From assembly GCA_007129355.1 (NCBI GenBank), contig SKVR01000061.1, positions 1-42,252 of the forward strand: DNA of 42,252 nt, given 5' to 3'. This stretch comes from Bacteroidales bacterium (GTDB lineage Bacteria > Bacteroidota > Bacteroidia > Bacteroidales > UBA7960). Positions 36,883-42,252 of the stretch are shown in pieces. Every line of letters begins with the position of its first letter. The first letter of the stretch is position 1. A program made the position numbers and the translations under genes. The notes under the pieces were generated by a model. It saw only the letters and a program-made list of their open reading frames with translations. It was not told the origin of the DNA and did not search any database.

Positions 36883-39800
36883 TTATGGAATATCATCTTC
36901 ATCTTCGGGTTCTGTAACGGTAGTTTCTTCTTCTTTTTTGAAGAGCTCTTTGAACTGGTTGTAACTTCTTGAAAACATGATAGCTATGCCTGTTTCAATT
37001 ACTTGGTCGTCAAAAATATCCCCGTAGTTCTTTTTTCTGAAACCTCTCAGTATAAGATTTCCTGCAGGAGTAAGAAGGTATTCAATATTAAAGTCGCCTG
37101 CTATTTCAGTTGCTTCCCGTCGGCGTGTTTCATCTTCGAGCTCAATATTTCCGCCAACTGTAATACTGACCCTGTCATCAAAAAAGTCTCGTGAAACTTC
37201 CATCTGCAGCTCAGTGCGGCCTGCTGCTTCTCCATTGGTGAAATCAACAAAAGATTCTACTTCAAAATTAATATCTACACCACGAATATACCGGTCAGAG
37301 ATCCTGTTTAGCTGCTGCGAAAGGATTTGGCTGGCTGATGTTCTCGCAGTTGCAGAAATACCACCACCGCCCCCGCCTGTAAGTGCTGCAAACGGATTTT
37401 CCTGCACGAAACTTCCCAGAATTAATAGAGCAAATACCTGTTTGTTGAGTTCCGATTCATTTTGGTTGATCTGGTTGATTCTTGCCATGATTGAGCCGTC
37501 CATTGCATTTCTGTGTTCCGGCGGTAGATCAAGCTCAAAACTTATTTGAGGTTCCATGAGATTTCCCTTCATTTTCAGGTATACCAGAAAGGGGTATTGT
37601 TGTCTCAATGCAACAGACTGTTCCTGTCCGGCACTCATCCGGTTGGCCATAAGTTCACGTGCGCTGGTACGGTGAGTATAGATTGCTGTAATGTCAACAT
37701 TGGCAACCAGGGGATCGCCGGTCCATACCATATTGCCGCTTTGAATCCTGAAGTTTCTGCGGATTACATCATAAAAAGTTAGCAGGTATTCCCCATCAGT
37801 AATGTCGTATCGTCCGGCAAGAGTGATTCTTCCGCCCGGATCAATCCCAAAACTAAGCATGCCACCACCTTTAACTTCAAGGAAATCACCGGCATATTCA
37901 TCGATAATGATTCTGATATCTGTTTGCGGGTCAATTTCCACATTTACACTTACATCCAGAATCTCAAAAGAAGAGCTTAGCTCATCGGGTTGGGCAGTTT
38001 CTCTTGCCAGCTGATAAAATAAGGTATCCCTGAACTGGATAAATTCAACAACACCATCATCACCAATTGCTTCGGGCATAGTTTGGGGAAGGGTAAATGT
38101 AAAATTTGATCCTTCATTGAGCTTTAGCCTGCCTTCCACCACAGGATTAACCTGGCTGCCACGTAAACGCAAATCAGTATCCATCAGTATCCGGCCGTAG
38201 TATTGTGGATTCTGCCCCTGTTTTACATTCATGAGCAGAAAGTTTCTTGAACTCAAATCGAGATTGAAGGCCAGTTCATTAAAATCCGCATAGTTTATGG
38301 TTCCATTTAAATTTGCACGGCGCCCTATTGAATCTTCCAGTACCATGTTTTGAAGCCTGATATTTTGCCTGTCAAAATTGATCTTTTCACTTCTTAAAAA
38401 ATACCCGGCATTAAGGTCTGGAACCCTGAAGGATGTTTCATTGATGTTAAGCTCACCAGAAATATTGGGAGATTCAGTTGTGCCGGTTATCTTCATTTTT
38501 CCTGCAAGATATCCTTTCAGGTGGGTGAGATTACCTGCAGTAAATCCTTCAAAACTGGGAAGATCAAGTCTTTCAAGATCAACATCCATGTTTATACCCG
38601 GTGTTTCACCTACTGTATAATTTCCTGATATCAATAAACTGGTAACGTCACTTTGCAATGAAGCAAAAAGGTCGAAGCGGTCTTCAACCGGATTCTCTGC
38701 TTTAATCAATATATCTCCGATTACCTCTCCTTCAAAGGTGAAACCACTCACAGAGAGATCTGCTACAAATGCAGGATTTTCAAAGATATTCATAAGGCTG
38801 AGTTCGCCGTTAAAGATCCCACCCAGCGGGAGAACCTGATCACCGGTAAAACCGGTAAGTCGTCCAATGTCAATCTGCCGGAATTCGATGTCGATAATAG
38901 GATATTCAGCGTCATGTTCACGGTTTTGGGCAATAAGGGCACGGCCCTCGCTTTCAAGTCTGAAGTTATGGATTTGCAGGTATTTTGTACCCAGTACAAT
39001 TAAGTTATCATTAGGAATATTCCAGCTCTCTCCATTGAGCAGGAGTCCTTCCCGGTCAAATTGAAGCCTGTAAAGTGTATCAGCTAATTCCACAGTTCCG
39101 GCAAATGCATAAAAGGGATTGTTATCAGGGTCTTTGATTCCCAGGTTAAAGTCCAGAATCTCGTTTTCAAACTTACCGTTTAGTTCAAACTGGTTTAAGG
39201 TTATATCGTTAATTGTTGCCGAGCTTAATTGAACTTCAAAATCCAGTGATGTTTCATTGGATATTATGCTCAGCAGAAATTCATCAGCATCAATGCCTGT
39301 ATGTTTTATGTGGGGAAGTGATACCTCTGCCATAAGATCCCTGATACTGCTGTCGTAGCCCATTATTACCTTCAAAGTGTCGAAGGAATCAAGCCCGGGT
39401 ATAAGCACCGAACTGATAAAGTCGTTGGGTATGATGTTAAGGTACATCTCAAATTGTTGATTCAAAAGCGTGTCTTCTTCCGAAACTTCAAGAAATGGTA
39501 AATCGTAATAATGAGCAAAATGGCCTGAAATGATCTCAGGAATTTCTGCCGGCGATATGTTACCGGAATAACCTGCCAGGATCAGTGATGAAGTAATGTT
39601 TAAATTGTAATCTACGGCACCTGATTCGGAATTTACGCTGAAATCGGGTACTCTGTAAATTTCACCTTCAGATGCCACATTAGTTCCTGAAATAGTAAGC
39701 CAGCCATTGAAGAAATCGTCGACATCGAATACAATATCAGTTTCCACTTTTGTCTGAACCAGCAGATCGTTATCCACTAATCCCAGTTGCTTAAGACGGG

Positions 39801-41958
39801 CATATTCAACATTAATAGTGCTTTTTAGTGCAGGAAATTCAGAGAAAACTCCATAGGATGCATCAAGGTCGAAATTGAGAAGTTCATCATCGTAACGGGT
39901 TGATAGAGTTGCCAACGAGTCTTTTAATCCAAATTGAATGGCAATTTCTTCATAAGGATGGCCGGCATATATCAGGTCATTGATTTGAAGGTTTGCCAGA
40001 AGTTGCATGGTTTGTGGTTCAAGTCCCTGACCTTCAAAGTCCAGCTCAAGGGCAATGGGTTCGGGAATGGTTTCTGTTTGCCTGAGAAGTTTTCCAAAAT
40101 CAAAACCTTTGGTGAAAAACCTGCCATCAAACAAAGCTTCTTGTTCTTCTGAGTCATTCAGCTCTCCTCTAAAAGTAAAATCTCCCAAATCTGTTCGAAC
40201 AGAAAGTTGTGTTTTGAAGTCTTTTAGTGAGCCATGACTGCGGTTATCAGCATAAATGTATTCTGGCAGCTCAATTCCTTCTGGTGCAAGGGTATCGGGA
40301 AGATTAGCCAGGAAACGCTGGGGTGCGGCAAAAAACCTGAATAAAATATCATCTAAAAATATACTTTCAGGATCAGTGATGTTGCGAATTCTGCCATCAA
40401 GATAAGTTGTGAAGAAATCCGGACCCGTTAGCCATAAACTGTCAATTTGTAAATCTTTCAAAGTTCCGTTAACACTGCCACCTAGTTTTACCCCCTGGTT
40501 TCCTGGCCAGTTGAAGTAAAATTCATTCATGGCGGGCACCAGGTAGGCCAAATCGTTCTTCAGGTGACTGGGTTCAAATTCTAAATCAAGTGTATAATCG
40601 GGCAACTTTTCTGAAGAAATATCAAGGAAACTTCCCGGGCTGGTGAGATGAAGAGCCAGCAAACTTTCTCCGGTTTCCAGCCGGAAATTTTGTATAGATG
40701 AACTTCCTGCCAGGTCAATATTGGCCTGTAGCTTCTTTAACCGGAACTGATCTGAAAAGCCGGCACCCAGTTGCAAAAGGTCAATCTTTAATCTTTCCGG
40801 ATTTACAATAATATTGCGAGCCTGAAACTCCAGGTTGGCCAGTTTTATATTCTGTGGATCAAATTCATACTGGTTGCTTTGCCCTGAACCATCCTGCATG
40901 CTAAAAGCAGACTCTTTTATGCTGATTTCATTCAGTGTGATGTGCCATTCCATTACATCAGCAAAACGAAATAAAAAATCTTCAGTTGCCTGCTGTTCAT
41001 TTACTATCGTTGTTGTATCTGTTTGTTCAGATTGTGGAAAGATGAAGTCTGCAATCAGCTTTTCTGCAAGAATGCTTTCCAGGTTAATACTGTATTTATG
41101 CAGTTGAATATTTTCTGGCTGCACATTGAGTTGATCGGCCCTGATATCCATTAAGGTACCGTCATAACTGTGCAAAGAAAACCCTGGATCAGAAAGCTGT
41201 ATGGATGTAGCTGCAATATCAAGTTCTACCCTTGTTTCATCAGTTTTCGGTACGGGTGTAACAGAAGGTTCCGACATGTTCATATCAACCTTTAACCCGT
41301 CAATAAGGACATCTTCTGTGTGATAGCGTTCATTGAGAATATCAGCCCGGCGCAAACGGGTATCAAAACTATTTAATGATGTTTGCAGGTCAATACCTGA
41401 AAAATGATCGACCAGTCGATAATGTATATTTCGGAGAGAAACCCTGTCAATGTTTATTTGCCATTGGCTACCCTGATTATTTTCTTCAATGTTTTCAGCT
41501 TGCGAAAGCGTATCACCGTTTTCGGTTGATGCAAATGCATATATCAGAAACTGAAAATTAAAAACAGTGTCGGGCTTTTGCCGCATCATATTGGCTGTTA
41601 TGTTTTCCAGCTCAAGTTTATTCACATTTACCTTGTTTCGCAGCAGACCCATCATCCCCACATCAACAAATATACTTCCTGCATAGAGAAGAGTATCTCC
41701 TTTATTATCTTCCACATATATACCCTTTAAACCCACCTTTTTTGGAAAACGAATGGAAACCCTGTCAATTTCTATGGTAGTTTTTGTTTGCTGGCTTAAA
41801 GATGATGTGATATGACCTGTGATCCAGGTCTGTACAGCCGAAAATTGCAATAATAAGGCGATAATAAGAAATAGCAGAATGAAGGAAGCAACAGTCCATG
41901 CAATGATCCTGATGATCCTTCTTAACCAGAGTTTAATTCTGCTTTTGATTATTGCCAT
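36883..41958 (-). CDS. tamB: Second TamB (DUF490) family protein, 1691 aa
   Basis: Basic N-region and TM segment followed by AVQTW; C-terminal ELNKQVFALLILGSF, SQILSQQLN and FFDDRV. Confidence 0.9.
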   Translation of the reverse strand: MAIIKSRIKLWLRRIIRIIAWTVASFILLFLIIALLLQFSAVQTWITGHITSSLSQQTKTTIEIDRVSIRFPKKVGLKGIYVEDNKGDTLLYAGSIFVDVGMMGLLRNKVNVNKLELENITANMMRQKPDTVFNFQFLIYAFASTENGDTLSQAENIEENNQGSQWQINIDRVSLRNIHYRLVDHFSGIDLQTSLNSFDTRLRRADILNERYHTEDVLIDGLKVDMNMSEPSVTPVPKTDETRVELDIAATSIQLSDPGFSLHSYDGTLMDIRADQLNVQPENIQLHKYSINLESILAEKLIADFIFPQSEQTDTTTIVNEQQATEDFLFRFADVMEWHITLNEISIKESAFSMQDGSGQSNQYEFDPQNIKLANLEFQARNIIVNPERLKIDLLQLGAGFSDQFRLKKLQANIDLAGSSSIQNFRLETGESLLALHLTSPGSFLDISSEKLPDYTLDLEFEPSHLKNDLAYLVPAMNEFYFNWPGNQGVKLGGSVNGTLKDLQIDSLWLTGPDFFTTYLDGRIRNITDPESIFLDDILFRFFAAPQRFLANLPDTLAPEGIELPEYIYADNRSHGSLKDFKTQLSVRTDLGDFTFRGELNDSEEQEALFDGRFFTKGFDFGKLLRQTETIPEPIALELDFEGQGLEPQTMQLLANLQINDLIYAGHPYEEIAIQFGLKDSLATLSTRYDDELLNFDLDASYGVFSEFPALKSTINVEYARLKQLGLVDNDLLVQTKVETDIVFDVDDFFNGWLTISGTNVASEGEIYRVPDFSVNSESGAVDYNLNITSSLILAGYSGNISPAEIPEIISGHFAHYYDLPFLEVSEEDTLLNQQFEMYLNIIPNDFISSVLIPGLDSFDTLKVIMGYDSSIRDLMAEVSLPHIKHTGIDADEFLLSIISNETSLDFEVQLSSATINDITLNQFELNGKFENEILDFNLGIKDPDNNPFYAFAGTVELADTLYRLQFDREGLLLNGESWNIPNDNLIVLGTKYLQIHNFRLESEGRALIAQNREHDAEYPIIDIEFRQIDIGRLTGFTGDQVLPLGGIFNGELSLMNIFENPAFVADLSVSGFTFEGEVIGDILIKAENPVEDRFDLFASLQSDVTSLLISGNYTVGETPGINMDVDLERLDLPSFEGFTAGNLTHLKGYLAGKMKITGTTESPNISGELNINETSFRVPDLNAGYFLRSEKINFDRQNIRLQNMVLEDSIGRRANLNGTINYADFNELAFNLDLSSRNFLLMNVKQGQNPQYYGRILMDTDLRLRGSQVNPVVEGRLKLNEGSNFTFTLPQTMPEAIGDDGVVEFIQFRDTLFYQLARETAQPDELSSSFEILDVSVNVEIDPQTDIRIIIDEYAGDFLEVKGGGMLSFGIDPGGRITLAGRYDITDGEYLLTFYDVIRRNFRIQSGNMVWTGDPLVANVDITAIYTHRTSARELMANRMSAGQEQSVALRQQYPFLVYLKMKGNLMEPQISFELDLPPEHRNAMDGSIMARINQINQNESELNKQVFALLILGSFVQENPFAALTGGGGGGISATARTSASQILSQQLNRISDRYIRGVDINFEVESFVDFTNGEAAGRTELQMEVSRDFFDDRVSITVGGNIELEDETRRREATEIAGDFNIEYLLTPAGNLILRGFRKKNYGDIFDDQVIETGIAIMFSRSYNQFKELFKKEEETTVTEPEDEDDIP

Positions 41959-42035
41959 TATAGTAAAGTGTGTTCACTGTGCATTATAATAACATCAACG
42001 TCATGTATCTGGCTTTGTTTGATAATCAAACCTGA

Positions 42036-42043
42036 CAAATATA
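42036..42043 (-). promoter_or_regulatory. -7 promoter box for tamB-tamL
   Basis: CAAATATA reads TATATTTG on the minus strand. Confidence 0.5.
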
Positions 42044-42173
42044 CAATTTTGAAAAAATTTATTATTCATTTACAGATATTAAAGCATACAATTTTTTCTT
42101 ATTTTTTTATCGGGGTTAATTGATAGTTAATCCTTGCAGCGATTGAGTAGGTCAAAAAAGCAGGTTTATTGGC

Positions 42174-42181
42174 TATTTTTG
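42174..42181 (+). promoter_or_regulatory. -7 promoter box for a gene leaving the window
   Basis: TATTTTTG followed by CAGCC. Confidence 0.55.
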
Positions 42182-42228
42182 CAGCCATTTAAAATCACCA
42201 ACAACTACTCACCAAAAATTAATAAACT

Positions 42229-42252
42229 ATGAAGTTGAAATTTACCCTGGCT
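42229..42252 (+). CDS. 5' end of a gene cut by the window edge (MKLKFTLA...), possibly a signal peptide
   Basis: ATG 42229 follows an A-rich leader and a promoter box; only 8 codons are visible. Confidence 0.5.

Noticed and set aside
415-41561. Numerous 60-180 aa ORFs overlapping or antisense to the long genes
   Set aside because: They are shadow frames of well-supported genes and have no recognisable motifs.

Overview
A 42-kb chromosomal segment from an anaerobic Bacteroidota, most likely Bacteroidales. This rests on TAnnTTTG promoter boxes, A-rich start regions mostly without a Shine-Dalgarno sequence, a DAHP synthase-chorismate mutase fusion, DUF2851 and a TamL-type lipoprotein. Gene order: aromatic amino-acid operon (aminotransferase, tyrA, DAHP synthase-CM, aroB, aroA, aroC), trxB, two tandem 7TM-HisKA_2 kinases, an OsmC-family protein, DUF2851, zapB-like/zapA/6S RNA/rny, two exported thioredoxin-fold proteins, a ferritin/rubrerythrin-like protein, a three-gene NuoE/NuoF/GltD-Fdh-like oxidoreductase, a methyltransferase, tsaD, tamB, an AI-2E transporter, an M15B D,D-carboxypeptidase, a LOG protein and tamB-tamL. 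I saw no tRNA, rRNA, CRISPR array or transposase. Five signals stand out. (1) An unannotated 24-aa Phe/Tyr leader peptide with terminator and antiterminator, i.e. a dual Phe+Tyr attenuator. (2) A StnABC-like electron-bifurcating transhydrogenase followed by a di-iron protein. (3) A tamB gene that appears to start at ATT behind a strong Shine-Dalgarno sequence, overlapping the divergent tsaD promoter. (4) A kinase pair whose second copy has lost the phosphoacceptor His. (5) A ~200-nt 6S-like RNA ahead of rny. All calls come from reading motifs by eye; no database search was run.
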